Shown: piece after piece, positions 1-10,596 of the stretch
Numbering within the stretch: the first letter of the stretch is position 1
Layout of the letters: each line of letters begins with the position of its first letter
Origin: an uncultured delta proteobacterium
GTDB taxonomy: Bacteria; Desulfobacterota; Binatia; UBA9968
Assembly: GCA_963840855.1 (NCBI GenBank)
Contig: CAWJBB010000066.1
Coordinates: 25,746 to 89,745 of the forward strand
DNA length: 64,000 bases
Reading direction: 5' to 3'
Notes under the pieces: generated by a model
The model's database searches: none
What the model saw: only the letters and a program-made list of their open reading frames with translations
Told to the model about the DNA's origin: nothing
Program-made: the position numbers and the translations under genes

Positions 1-1750
1 CGGCCTTCTTGAGATCGCGCTCAAAAGGGGTGTAAAAGCGTTTCATCGCCTTCGTCCAGGCCTCTTTGCCCTCTTCGATCTTGTCCAGCTCGTCTTCCAT
101 GCCGGCCGTAAACTCGACGTTGAGAATGTCGGGAAAACTTTCTACCAGGAGATCGGTCACGAGAAAGCCCAGATCCGTGGCCACCAGCGCGCGCCGATCA
201 TCCTGCGCGACATATTCGCGGTCGAGAATGTTCGAGATGATAGCGGCATAGGTCGAAGGCCGGCCGATGCCTTTCTCGTCCAGCTCCTTGATCAGCGACG
301 CCTGGGTGTAACGCGGTGGCGGCTGGGTGAAATGTTGGCGCGGGTCGAGCGCCAACAGCTTGAGCGCATCGCCCTTTTGCAAATCCGGCAGCACGCCTTC
401 CGTCTCCTGGCTATCGTCCTCACTTTCCTCGTCCGAGCCGTTGGCTTGGGCGGCGCGCTCATCGCGCCCCTCGATGTAAACTTTCATGAAGCCGTCGAAT
501 TTGACCTGCTGCCCGGTGGCGCGAAACAGCGCTTCGCGCACGGGAATCTCAAAGACCGTCTGGTCGAACACCGCCGGCAGCATCTGGCTAGCGACGAAGC
601 GGTCCCAGATAAGCGAATAGAGCTGAAACGCATCACGCCTGAGATAGCGACGCACCCGCTCCGGCGTATATTCCAGCGATGTCGGCCGGATCGCCTCATG
701 GGCGTCCTGGGCTCCCTTCTTAGAACGGTAAATATTCGGTTTCTCGGGCAAATAGTTCTTGCCGTATTGTCGTTCAATATGCCGGCGCACGTCGGCCAGT
801 GCGTCCGCTGACACCCGCGTGGAATCGGTGCGCATATAGGTAATCAAGCCGGCGGAACCTTCGTCGCCCAGCTCCACGCCTTCGTACAAGTGCTGGGCGA
901 GCTGCATCGTGCGCTTGGGTTGAAACCCTAGCTTGCGCGCGGCCTCTTGTTGCAGCTTGCTGGTCACGAAGGGCGGGGTCGGATAACGGCGCCGTTCCTT
1001 TTTTTCTACCTCTCCGATATCCCAGGAGGCGCCGTTTAGCGATTCAATGATCTCTTGAACAGCCGGGTCGGATTCGATGCGAAACTTTTTGTTGTCGACC
1101 TTCTGGCCGCGCCACTGGACCAGGCGCGCTCTAAAGGGCGGTGGCAAACGCCCCTCCAGTTGCGCGGTCAAAGACCAGTACTCCTGCGCCTGAAAGGCGC
1201 GGATATCTCGTTCGCGCTCGCAAACCAGACGCACCGTCACCGACTGCACGCGCCCTGCGCTCAGTCCGCGGCGCACCTTGTTCCACAGCAAGGGGCTGAT
1301 CTTGTAACCCACCAGCCGGTCGAGGACGCGGCGCGCGATCTGGGCGTCGAATTTGTTTCGGTCTAGTTCCTGGGGATTGGCTATCGCTACTTGTACCGCT
1401 TTTTTGGTGATCTCGTTGATCAGCACGCGATGGACGCGCCGGTGGTTCGTGGTGATCTGATCGGCTATATGCCAGGCGATGGCTTCGCCTTCGCGATCGG
1501 GGTCGGAGGCAAGATAAATATTTTCCTTACCCTTGGCTGCTTTCTTCAGCTCATCGATGACTTTTTTCTTCGTTTGGATGACGTGAAAGTCCGGCGTGAA
1601 GTTTTTCTTGACGTCCACGCCGAGCTTGCTCTTGGGCAGATCGACCACATGTCCCACCGACGCTTTGACTTGATAGTCCCGGCCCAAATATTTTCCCAAG
1701 GTCTTGGCCTTGGCGGGCGACTCCACAATTACTAGATTTTTGGCTGCCAT
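1..1750 (-). CDS. topA: DNA topoisomerase I (3' end runs off the window)
   Basis: Read manually (absent from the ORF track): ATG at 1750 gives MAAKNLVIVESPAKAKTLGKY (TOPRIM), with SAGRVQS, LITYMRTDS and GIGRPSTYA motifs. The frame at position 2 matches the start codon frame. Confidence 0.97.
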   Translation of the reverse strand, partial: MAAKNLVIVESPAKAKTLGKYLGRDYQVKASVGHVVDLPKSKLGVDVKKNFTPDFHVIQTKKKVIDELKKAAKGKENIYLASDPDREGEAIAWHIADQITTNHRRVHRVLINEITKKAVQVAIANPQELDRNKFDAQIARRVLDRLVGYKISPLLWNKVRRGLSAGRVQSVTVRLVCERERDIRAFQAQEYWSLTAQLEGRLPPPFRARLVQWRGQKVDNKKFRIESDPAVQEIIESLNGASWDIGEVEKKERRRYPTPPFVTSKLQQEAARKLGFQPKRTMQLAQHLYEGVELGDEGSAGLITYMRTDSTRVSADALADVRRHIERQYGKNYLPEKPNIYRSKKGAQDAHEAIRPTSLEYTPERVRRYLRRDAFQLYSLIWDRFVASQMLPAVFDQTVFEIPVREALFRATGQQVKFDGFMKVYIEGRDERAAQANGSDEESEDDSQETEGVLPDLQKGDALKLLALDPRQHFTQPPPRYTQASLIKELDEKGIGRPSTYAAIISNILDREYVAQDDRRALVATDLGFLVTDLLVESFPDILNVEFTAGMEDELDKIEEGKEAWTKAMKRFYTPFERDLKKA

Positions 1751-1792
1751 AACTCGCGATTCTTTCCTTCGATCGATAACTACGTTTACCGT

Positions 1793-2944
1793 TCAGCCTT
1801 CGGCTGCGTAACGCTTTCCCGGCAATTGCCTCAGAAAGCCCTGCAGCTCCAACTCCAAGAGAATTTGCGAAACCTGCGCCGAACTCAGACCGCTGGTCTC
1901 GATCACTTCATCGATTTGCAAGATCCGTTCCTGCAGCAGGCCGAAAATCTTGCGCGTGTCGTCACTGCAATTTTCCGGCAACACCGGTTGCCGCCGGCTC
2001 GCGCTCTCCGGGCGCGCTAATTGGGGTGCGATTTCTTCGATAATATCCTCGGCGTTTTCAACCAATTTGGCGCCCTGGCGGATCAAACGGTGCGCGCCGC
2101 GGCTCCGGCTCGAGCCGACCTCGCCCGGTACGGCAAATATTTCCCGGTTCTGTTCCAGCGCATGGGCGGCAGTGATCAGGGAACCGCTCTTTTCCGTGGC
2201 TTCCACCACAACCACCCCCAGGGATAGACCGCTGATGAGTCGGTTGCGCGCCGGGAAGTTAAACGCCACCGGGCGCGCGCCCAAGGGCAATTCGGAAATC
2301 ACCGCGCCCCGCCGGGCGATGCGCTCGGCCAGCCCCTCATGCTCGGGGGGATAGATTCGATCCACTCCGCTGCCCAACACCGCTATCGTGCGCCCGCCGC
2401 CATCCAGCGCAGATTCATGGGCCGTGCCGTCGATGCCCCGCGCCATACCGCTCACCACGGTAAAACCCAATGAGGCCAGTCCGCGGCAAATATTCCGCGC
2501 CACTTTGCGGCCGTAATCACTGGCGCTGCGCGAGCCGACGATAGCCACCGCCTTTTCGTCCGCGGCGCTAATCTCACCCTTGATGTAAAGCAACGGCGGC
2601 GGGTCGGCAATCGCGCGCAAGCGCGCCGGGTAACAGGGATCGATAAATGGCACGATCCGAACACCGGCTTCCCGTGAGCGGCGTATTTCAGCCTCCGCCT
2701 CAGCCCACTCGGAAAAACCCAGCAAACCCTCGATGGCATCCTTGTCTAGCCCCGGAACGTTTTTTAATTCGGCCGGCCGCGCTGATAACGCCGCCGTGGG
2801 ATCGACAAAATGGGCGGCAAGTTTTTTGAAACCCACGCAACCGAGCCCTTTAACGCGGCTAAGCGCGACCCACGGCGTATGATCTATGTAAGCCGGCGTG
2901 GGCAAAAACGATTCCTCCGAAAACCTTACAGTCACCCCATCCAT
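1793..2944 (-). CDS. dprA: DNA-processing protein DprA/Smf
   Basis: AIVGSR, VVSGMARGID, FPARNRLISG and EATEKSGSLITA motifs; conserved dprA-topA synteny. Confidence 0.96.
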   Translation of the reverse strand: MDGVTVRFSEESFLPTPAYIDHTPWVALSRVKGLGCVGFKKLAAHFVDPTAALSARPAELKNVPGLDKDAIEGLLGFSEWAEAEAEIRRSREAGVRIVPFIDPCYPARLRAIADPPPLLYIKGEISAADEKAVAIVGSRSASDYGRKVARNICRGLASLGFTVVSGMARGIDGTAHESALDGGGRTIAVLGSGVDRIYPPEHEGLAERIARRGAVISELPLGARPVAFNFPARNRLISGLSLGVVVVEATEKSGSLITAAHALEQNREIFAVPGEVGSSRSRGAHRLIRQGAKLVENAEDIIEEIAPQLARPESASRRQPVLPENCSDDTRKIFGLLQERILQIDEVIETSGLSSAQVSQILLELELQGFLRQLPGKRYAAEG

Positions 2945-3231
2945 AATTTAGTTACGCCGTATCAATTACGGGACGCAATATTCAGAATGCTGGCTGCACA
3001 GACGCAGGATGGCAATGATAAGATAAATTCGCGCTCAAGGCTAGATCAGACGGTGAGAAAGGCTAAAAGTAAAACCGCCTATCTGCGGCGAAGCTTCTGT
3101 TTTTACAAATCTTTTACCCAAATCGAGCAGGCGTTTTTTCGATCCGGCGCCGACCGTAAAAGCATCGATAACAGCATCGCCGCGCACCACCACGTCCCGA
3201 CTCAAGGCTTTGATCGTCCATTGCGAGGGCA

Positions 3232-4651
3232 TCACCGTTTCTCCCTTCGTTCCTCCCGGCGCGCGCGCAGAATCAGTTTTATCGGCGTGTGGTTCAATCC
3301 CAGATGCTCGCGCAAATGGTGCGTCAGGTAGCGCCGGTAACTTTCCGGCACGCCCCGCGGAATATTGACGAATAAAGCAAACGCCGGCGGCCGCGAACCG
3401 GTCTGAGTGCCATAATAAAATTTCACCGCGCGGCCTTGCCAGAGCGGCACCGTATGGGCCCTGACGATCCGCTGTAAGGCCTGATTGAACTGCGACGTCG
3501 CGATCCTGCGCCGGTAGGCCTGAAGCACCAATGCCGCAGTCTCCTGCATTTTGCGCACGCCATGGCCGGTGATCGCGGAAATGAAACAGACCGGCGCGTA
3601 ATCCAAAAATGTCAGATGATAGTACACCTCATCGCGATACGCCTTGGTGTCAGCATCCTCCTTTGACACCATGTCCCACTTATTGACCGCCAACAGCACC
3701 GCCTTACTGCGCTGGCAGGCGTAACTGAGAATCTGCGCGTCCTGGTCCGTAACCCCTTCGACGCCGTCTATTACATGGATGATAAGATCGCCGCTGTCCA
3801 CGGTGCGCAGCGAGCGGTTGACGCTGAAGCGTTCGACACGGTCATCGATGCGCGCCTTGCGCCGGATACCAGCGGTGTCCACCAAGATGCAAGGCTCGCC
3901 CTGCAAATTAAACGGCGTGTCAACGGCGTCCCGCGTCGTGCCCGGGGTGGCATCCACCACCGAGCGCTCAAAGCCGAGTAGGCGGTTGATCAGCGTCGAC
4001 TTGCCGACGTTGGGGCGGCCCACCACGGCGACGCGCAAAGGTGGTTCGTCGGGTTTTTCCTCTACGTCTTCAGGCTGCTCTTGCCCGTTGTCGACGATTG
4101 GCGACACTTGCTCGACTTGAGAAAAATGCCGCGCCACGTCCTCCAGGAGTTCCGGGATACCAAGGCCATGTTCAGCCGAGATCGAATAGAGCGAGTCCAA
4201 TCCGAGGGCGTAAAACTCAAAAAGGTTCTCGGCGCGCCGCTGTGAGTCAAGTTTGTTAACGGCGAAGAACACCGGCTTATTCGCCTTGCGCAGTGAATTC
4301 ACCACCTCGCGGTCCAACGGATTCAAGCCCGCTTTACCGTCCAGGAGAAAAATGACGGCATCGGCTTCGACCAGCGCCAGTTGGCTTTGTGCCTGAACGC
4401 TTTCTTCGAGTTTGCCGCCGGCCGCTGATTCGATGCCGCCGGTATCGACGACGAGATATTTTCGTCCCGCCCACTCCGCCTGGGCATAGTTTCGATCGCG
4501 GGTCACCCCCGGCCAGTCGTCGACAATCGCCTTGCGCGCGCCGACGAGGCGGTTGAACAACGTCGATTTGCCCACATTGGGTCGCCCGACGATGGCCACA
4601 ACCGGTAGTCCGCGCTGCGTTAGCGACGGCTTTCGGCGCCGGATGGTTCAT
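3232..4651 (-). CDS. der: Ribosome biogenesis GTPase Der/EngA (apparent +1 insertion just after the ATG)
   Basis: Two GRPNVGKS P-loops, DTGG/DTAG and NKLD/NKWD. The ORF track starts at GTG 4599, but removing one A from ATGAACC (about 4648) gives MTIRRRKPSLTQRGLPVVAIVGRPN, starting right after the era stop. Confidence 0.95.
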
Positions 4652-4652
4652 T

Positions 4653-5576
4653 TCACAGCCCCATCTCCGTCAACATGTGGGGCCGTTGAGTCCAGCCTTT
4701 GTCGACGCGGATAAAAAGCTCAAGAAAGATTTTACAGCCCAGCAAGGCTTCCAGCTCCACGCGCGTCTGCACGCCGATTTCCTTGAGCATGGAGCCTTGT
4801 TTGCCGATGAGAATCGGTTTATGAGAAGCGCGCTCCGTATGAATGGTCGCCTGAATGACGATCAGATTCTTCTCTGCTTTTTCGGTAAATTCATCGATGG
4901 TCACGGCGACGCCATAGGGGATTTCCTCGCGCGTCAGGAGGAACACCTTTTCCCGGACAATCTCAGCCGCGAGAAAACGCTCGCTCTGGTCAGTCACCTC
5001 GTCGCCCGGAAAATAGCGCGGCCCTTCGGGCAGGTTTTTTTCGATCAGCTCCAGCAGCAGCGGCAGGTTGTCGCCTTTAAGGCCGCTCACCGGCAGGATT
5101 TCTTTCTCCGGCAAGAGTTCGGCGCAACGCTGCATCAGGGGCAGCAGCTTCCCTTTGGCCACCAGGTCAATTTTGTTGAGCAGAACAAAGACCGGTGTCC
5201 TCACGCCGCGAAGCAGCTCCGCGATGCGTTCATTCTGCGCTCCGATGCGCTCGCGAGCATCGAGGAGCCAGAGCACGCCGTCCACTTCATGGAGGGTTTG
5301 CAAAGCGACCTCGACCATGCGGCGATTCATCAGCGATTGGGCTTGATGAATGCCCGGCGTATCGAGGAAGACGACCTGCGCGCGGGCCGTGGTCTTGATG
5401 CCGGTAATCCGATTGCGCGTCGTTTGTGGTCTGGGCGAGACGATGGCCACCTTCTCGCCCAGCAAGCTATTTAGCAAAGTCGACTTGCCGACATTGGGCC
5501 GTCCAATAATGGCGATATAGCCCGAGCGAAAGGGAATTTCGTCCACGCTTTTAATGTTTCCATTTTGGTTTGTCAT
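4653..5576 (-). CDS. era: GTPase Era
   Basis: GRPNVGKSTL, PQTTR, DTPG, NKID, EEIPY and KH-domain ILIGKQG motifs. Confidence 0.97.
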   Translation of the reverse strand: MTNQNGNIKSVDEIPFRSGYIAIIGRPNVGKSTLLNSLLGEKVAIVSPRPQTTRNRITGIKTTARAQVVFLDTPGIHQAQSLMNRRMVEVALQTLHEVDGVLWLLDARERIGAQNERIAELLRGVRTPVFVLLNKIDLVAKGKLLPLMQRCAELLPEKEILPVSGLKGDNLPLLLELIEKNLPEGPRYFPGDEVTDQSERFLAAEIVREKVFLLTREEIPYGVAVTIDEFTEKAEKNLIVIQATIHTERASHKPILIGKQGSMLKEIGVQTRVELEALLGCKIFLELFIRVDKGWTQRPHMLTEMGL

Positions 5577-6236
5577 AACCTACAATCTGAGACCCGGGTT
5601 ATTATGTCACGGTCGCGTCCTGGTTCAAGTTTGCGCCGGCTCAACATCCCAGCCCTGCTGGGCGGCGCGCAGATTCGTTTCACGCCGCTAATGCAAAATC
5701 GGCTTACCCACCGGGCCGAAGCAATGATTGGGCGTTCTTTAAGCTATTTCCCCGAGTTACAAGGCAAAGCCATCACGGTGGGATTCAGCCGGGTTCATTT
5801 GGGTAGCGCGGTCATGAGCCGCAAACGTGACAGCGCGCCTCAGTTGGTGATTCGTTTGCGAGTTCGTAACCTCACCTATCAAACCATCGGCCACGAGCTC
5901 ACCCACCTCGTTCAGGGTTTGTCGCTAGGCCACCAGCCCGCGTCCGCCGGCGAACGCATTCCCTCCGGCGAGACGCAGTGCGACATCTGGACCCTGGCGC
6001 GCCATGAGCTGTTTTGCGACGACCCTCCCACATATATCAAATTACCGCCGCTAATGCGGGAACTTTGGCCCAATTATGCCATAGCCGTGCGACGGCTGTG
6101 CGTCGCCGCCATCGACAAGCGCAGCGTCCTTCGGCCCTATATTCGCTGGTTGGAGTCCGAGATCGCCACCTTGGTGCGACCGTCACGGCAGGAAAAAAAG
6201 CCCCCGGCGCAGCTGACACTGCCATTTAGCGATTGA
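5565..6236 (+). CDS. Hypothetical zincin-like metallopeptidase (HExxH); true start probably downstream of 5565
   Basis: IGHELTHLVQG followed by ETQCD; C-terminal QLTLPF. Confidence 0.65.
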   Translation: MVCHNLQSETRVIMSRSRPGSSLRRLNIPALLGGAQIRFTPLMQNRLTHRAEAMIGRSLSYFPELQGKAITVGFSRVHLGSAVMSRKRDSAPQLVIRLRVRNLTYQTIGHELTHLVQGLSLGHQPASAGERIPSGETQCDIWTLARHELFCDDPPTYIKLPPLMRELWPNYAIAVRRLCVAAIDKRSVLRPYIRWLESEIATLVRPSRQEKKPPAQLTLPFSD

Positions 6237-6260
6237 CCGTTGCTCGTGCGTTCTTCGCGG

Positions 6261-7226
6261 TCAAATTCCGTTCTCGTCGTCATTTCGCTGGTATTTCAGT
6301 ATCAGGTCAATCTCTTTAAGCTGATCGCTCGTCAGGTTCCAATCGGCGGCCTTGACGTTGCTCGCCAATTGATCACGCGACTTGGCGCCGGTGATCACCG
6401 AGCATACCTGGGGCTGCGCCAGCAGCCACGCCTGGGCCAGTTCATTCACGCCACGGCCATGATCCTTCGCCCAAGCGGACAGTTCGACGACTTTCTGGTA
6501 GTTGGCATCAACCATGAGTTCCTGCACGACCCGCACCGATTCACCCCGCGATCCAGCCGGCGGCGGTCTTCCCGCCTCATATTTGCCGGTGAGGAATCCG
6601 CCGGCTAAAGGATAGTACGGCACGAAGCCGACCTTGTGCGCGCGGCAATAGGGCAACACCTCGCGCTCGACGCCACGCTTCAGCATGTTGTATTCGGATT
6701 GCAGCACCACGAACGCCGTCCAGCCCCTCAGAACTGCAAGCGCATTCGCGTGCGCGAGCTGCCATGAAGCATAGAGGGAGGCACCGAGGTAACGGATCTT
6801 GCCCATGCGAATTAGATCGTCCAGCCCGCGTAGCGTTTCCTCAATCGGAGTCGTATCGTCCCAGCGGTGGCAATAATATAAATCGATGTGATCGGTTTGC
6901 AGCCGGCTTAAGCTCTGCTCCACCGCTTGCATCATGTGATAGCGTGACGCGCCCCAGGAGTTGGCACTGGTCTTTCGCGGGAAGGAAAATTTGGTCGCCA
7001 TGACCACTTTATCCATCTTGCCTTTGAACGCGTTGCCCAAAGTTTCTTCCGACCGGCCATTATTGTAAACATTGGCGGTGTCGACGAAATTAACGCCGGC
7101 ATCGAGGGCCGCGTCGATGATCTTGTTAACTTCCGCCTGCGGCGCCTCCGGCGAGCCGAAGCGATTCGCGCCCAGGCCGATGACTGACACTCGGACACCG
7201 GAATTGCCCAGTTGGCGGTATTCCAT
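6261..7226 (-). CDS. Aldo/keto reductase
   Basis: MEYRQLGNSG start with GGAG RBS; DTANVY, ATKF, IDLYYCH and PLAGGFLTGKY motifs. Confidence 0.93.
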   Translation of the reverse strand: MEYRQLGNSGVRVSVIGLGANRFGSPEAPQAEVNKIIDAALDAGVNFVDTANVYNNGRSEETLGNAFKGKMDKVVMATKFSFPRKTSANSWGASRYHMMQAVEQSLSRLQTDHIDLYYCHRWDDTTPIEETLRGLDDLIRMGKIRYLGASLYASWQLAHANALAVLRGWTAFVVLQSEYNMLKRGVEREVLPYCRAHKVGFVPYYPLAGGFLTGKYEAGRPPPAGSRGESVRVVQELMVDANYQKVVELSAWAKDHGRGVNELAQAWLLAQPQVCSVITGAKSRDQLASNVKAADWNLTSDQLKEIDLILKYQRNDDENGI

Positions 7227-7318
7227 GGAGCACTCCTTCTGTGAAATTACCAGGGGGTTCAAACGTAAGTAGTCATCTGACAACTAGGGAAAAGTGATGG
7301 GGAGCACACTGCATGTGC

Positions 7319-7397
7319 GGTTCGATGTTCAGCGTTCTAAGTTACGGATTGTACTTATGCGGTTCACAAAAGATCGGAATACGTTGAACCTTGAACC
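7319..7397. repeat. Degenerate heptamer repeats (GTTCNA / TTGAACC type) in inverted orientation
   Basis: gttcgatgttcagcgttctaagtt ... acgttgaaccttgaacc; same family as 22022-22105. Confidence 0.5.
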
Positions 7398-7454
7398 AGT
7401 AGGTCCGTTGCCCGCGTTTGTGTTTCTTAGTGTTCGATCGCCAGGCCGGACTAT

Positions 7455-7823
7455 TCATCTTTGGCGGCCAGCGCCGGCAACCGGCGCGGCTTGGCTCACG
7501 CGCGTAAACCGATCAGCGCGCTCCCGACCGCATTGCCAACATTCGGAAAACTGTCCTTCGATCTCCTCGCCGCAGCCGGCACAGATCCACGGCTTTTTCA
7601 CCGGTTCCAACGGCGCCAGGGTTTTTTTGAGAATCGCTTTAGCTTCGGCCAACCGCCTATCGTCGATAATCCAAAGCTCCGGCCAGCATTCGACGGGCGG
7701 CAACTCTCCCGCCCCTGCAACCAGATCGAGCTTGCGGGTCACGCAGTCAATCTCGTGCAACCCCAAGACGTTGCGCAGATGGGCTATCATCAGTGGATCT
7801 TTGGCGCAATGAATTTTTCGCAT
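7455..7823 (-). CDS. DUF2007 / putative signal-transducing domain protein with C-terminal zinc ribbon
   Basis: HLRNVL..AGELPPVECWPELWI and WICAGCGE..FSECWQCG. Confidence 0.8.
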   Translation of the reverse strand: MRKIHCAKDPLMIAHLRNVLGLHEIDCVTRKLDLVAGAGELPPVECWPELWIIDDRRLAEAKAILKKTLAPLEPVKKPWICAGCGEEIEGQFSECWQCGRERADRFTRVSQAAPVAGAGRQR

Positions 7824-7830
7824 GTTCCGC

Positions 7831-8175
7831 TTAGGCGCCGCGCCGCAGCGTGCTGTCGTTCAACTTCAGCCTTTCGCCCAACCACAACGAGCGCACCAGA
7901 TGATCGCCGTAGCCGTCACCTGTAGAAGGATGCACGAGCACCGACAGCCCTTCTCGGTTGAGCATCAGCCACGGCACGACCGTTCCAAACTCCTCGGGCG
8001 CAAAAACCGCCTGGTACATGGCATCAAGATGCGGACCTACCGGTTCATCGTGCCAACTGCCGAGCTGCACGTTGAAATTGGCTAGCCCGGCGCGCACTCG
8101 CGCCGCCGCCTCCCGGGTGTTTTTCGGATCGTAGTAGATATGGGCGTGAAAGCCTTTGATCGTTCTCTCGCTCAT
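7831..8175 (-). CDS. DOPA 4,5-dioxygenase family protein
   Basis: FHAHIYY, PVGPH, WLMLNREGLSVLVHP and DH..LWLG motifs. Confidence 0.92.
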   Translation of the reverse strand: MSERTIKGFHAHIYYDPKNTREAAARVRAGLANFNVQLGSWHDEPVGPHLDAMYQAVFAPEEFGTVVPWLMLNREGLSVLVHPSTGDGYGDHLVRSLWLGERLKLNDSTLRRGA

Positions 8176-8345
8176 GGCGCACCCGTCCTCTCTAAGACTA
8201 TATTTTGTCTTATCAAATAACGGACGCCTAAGCCAAATCGAAAATATGAAAACTTGGCGGCAACCGGCGATTGTAATTAAGCCGGTTGCGCTCGGACAGG
8301 ACCGGGAGGCGAGGTCGGGTGGAGAAGGTACCGAAAGTACCGCCC

Positions 8346-8540
8346 TTAGGACAACGCCTGGTCGGTTAGAATTTCATCAGGGAAGAGATACTCTTCCCCC
8401 GCCGTTCCGAAATTTACCAGGATCAATTGACGGCCCATGTTTTCCACGGCGCGCACGAAGGTGCCTTCGCGCGGCAGCATGACACCGGTCTTCTGCGACC
8501 GGATGGGTTTAGTCGTTTTCAAAGAATCACCCGATTTCAT
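8346..8540 (-). CDS. Small hypothetical protein (64 aa)
   Basis: Strong RBS AAGGAGGT before ATG 8540; protein-like sequence MKSGDSLKTTKPIRSQKTG..ILVNFG..EEYLFPDEI. Confidence 0.65.
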   Translation of the reverse strand: MKSGDSLKTTKPIRSQKTGVMLPREGTFVRAVENMGRQLILVNFGTAGEEYLFPDEILTDQALS

Positions 8541-9516
8541 ATTGACCTCCTTGTCGAACGTTATCGGCGGTTTGTCGGCTTTACGATGTCGTCTTCTATG
8601 TTTAACTATCGGCATTGAACGCTATCTCCACAGTCTTTCATTTTCTTAGACGCTCAATGTTGATATTTTTATGCAAATGAAAGACCAAGTTATTCTCTTT
8701 GGTGCCCCCACAAACCCTGCATGGCGTGCATCATCGAATTGAGCAAGACCGCGAAAATTAAGAGTTTCTTTCTTTGATGGGACTTCCAAAAGACTGTTCG
8801 TTTTAGCGATCGAACATACCGGCTGGTTACAATACTAATTGCCGTTGACAAAAAATTGCCGCTGCCCAAAAAACAGGCGGCAGACTATTGCCTTGCCGCC
8901 AATTGTGATCGATTCGCGTATCACGTTGAATTCTCTGAAGATAACAGCTGGTGTCATGGCGAAAAAATTGGCAGGCCAGCACACCTGGCAGGTGCTGAAT
9001 TTCGTTGTCGGATGCGGCAAAATTGTCACCGCCCGAAACTTTCACGCCGCCATCAAGACCGCCGGAGAAGCGAAATGGGTCGTTATTCGAGAGTTGGGCA
9101 ATCGAGCCCTGAAACCATAATCGTCGTATCAGGTGAGGTTCCTCACGCCGCTACTCCTGCCAATGGCGCCGGAGAGCTTCGTAACATCAACTTGTATGTC
9201 CCAATAATGGTGTGTTTGACAGGCTCGTCGCCGTTCTTTCCTGCCGTGGAGCCCATGAAATCGCTAATGCCAAGAGGCGCCGGCCAGGGGAGGACCCAAG
9301 CCGCAAGCAGCGTTGAAGACAAACCAAAGGTGGTTGGTAATAAAGAGGCTGGAATCAGGCATCCGCGCGGGCTCAACTGCCGTATCCGTCAGTCGCGTGA
9401 AACTTTTTTGGCAAGAATCGTTCGACCGCTTTCGATAAGAACTATGTAACACCGTAAAGCCAATTTTGCAATGAAATTATTTAGACCGGCGCCGCCAACA
9501 TCCACCCGGGCGCCGA

Positions 9517-10527
9517 TCACTTTCCCCCATACACCTTCTCGAAAAAACCTTCGGTGTCGAGTTTTTTTAGCCAGCTCGTGTCAACAATTTCCTCGACCTT
9601 GATCCCGGCGGCTTTGGGGTTTTGTTCGGCGACGTATTTGATGACGATGCGCATGCCATCGAGTGAGGGATAAGGTTTGCGGTCCAGTTCTTCGAGCGCT
9701 TCTAGATAGAAATCTTCCGCCGCTTCGACTTTGGGCAGTCGGAGATTGCGCGCGATGATTTCTTTCACGGCCTGCTTGTTGTCTTTGAGAAAAATAAACC
9801 CGTACGCTTCGATCATCGCACGGTTCAGACCGTCGATGGATTTAGGATTGGCGGCGCCATAGTCCCGCTTCATCGCCAAGCCGGTATTCTGATAATTGGT
9901 TTTTGCTTGCAGCATATTTAACAGCGGAAAATACCCTTTAGATGTCATTATTTTCGTCGCCACTCGCTGCAGCATGCCCGCGTCGATGGCTTTGTTTTCC
10001 AACGCCGCCATCCGGTCCGGATCGACGCCCGTCTGGATCAGCGTGATCTTGTCGCGCTTCAAATCCAGACCCAAGTGTTCGAGGGCGATTAACGCTGAGA
10101 TATGCGACGAGCCGCCAAAGCGCGCCGTACCGATTTTTTTACCTTTGAGGTCCTCGGCCCTGCGAATGTTGGGTTGCGTCACAACGCTAAAGGGAGAGGT
10201 GTTACTGAGGCCGAGAAAGAACGAAATTTTTTCGCCGGTGGCAACCAAGTTCACCAGCGAAGCCGGGGCGTTGGCGGTGATTTGCAGCTCTCCGGCCGCG
10301 AACATTTGCGCGACCAGGGAACCGCTGTTGACCAAAATGAGCTGAACATCGAGACCGTGCTTTTCGAAAAATCTCTTGTCCTTCGCCACCCACAGCGGAG
10401 CCATATGCGGCGTCGGCGTCGAGAGCGCAACGCGCACCTGCTGAAGTTTTTGCGCGCGGGAAGTTTGCGCCGGGATAAGCGACGAGAAAAGTGAAGCCGC
10501 GATCGCGATTCTGAACATGGTCTTCAA
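9517..10527 (-). CDS. ABC transporter substrate-binding protein (NMT1/THI5/SsuA-like)
   Basis: Signal peptide; PLWVAKDKRFFEKHGLDV and DLKGKKIG motifs; GGAGGT RBS. Confidence 0.88.
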   Translation of the reverse strand: MKTMFRIAIAASLFSSLIPAQTSRAQKLQQVRVALSTPTPHMAPLWVAKDKRFFEKHGLDVQLILVNSGSLVAQMFAAGELQITANAPASLVNLVATGEKISFFLGLSNTSPFSVVTQPNIRRAEDLKGKKIGTARFGGSSHISALIALEHLGLDLKRDKITLIQTGVDPDRMAALENKAIDAGMLQRVATKIMTSKGYFPLLNMLQAKTNYQNTGLAMKRDYGAANPKSIDGLNRAMIEAYGFIFLKDNKQAVKEIIARNLRLPKVEAAEDFYLEALEELDRKPYPSLDGMRIVIKYVAEQNPKAAGIKVEEIVDTSWLKKLDTEGFFEKVYGGK

Positions 10528-10596
10528 GCTGGATACCTCCGTTATGAACTAAGATTAAAACGACCGCCGTGTGGGACGACGTATTCTAGCCTAGAT

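Noticed and set aside
66-1735. Several plus-strand ORFs in the track
   Set aside because: They are antisense shadows of topA, which the track omitted because it runs off the window. Such shadows are expected in high-GC DNA.
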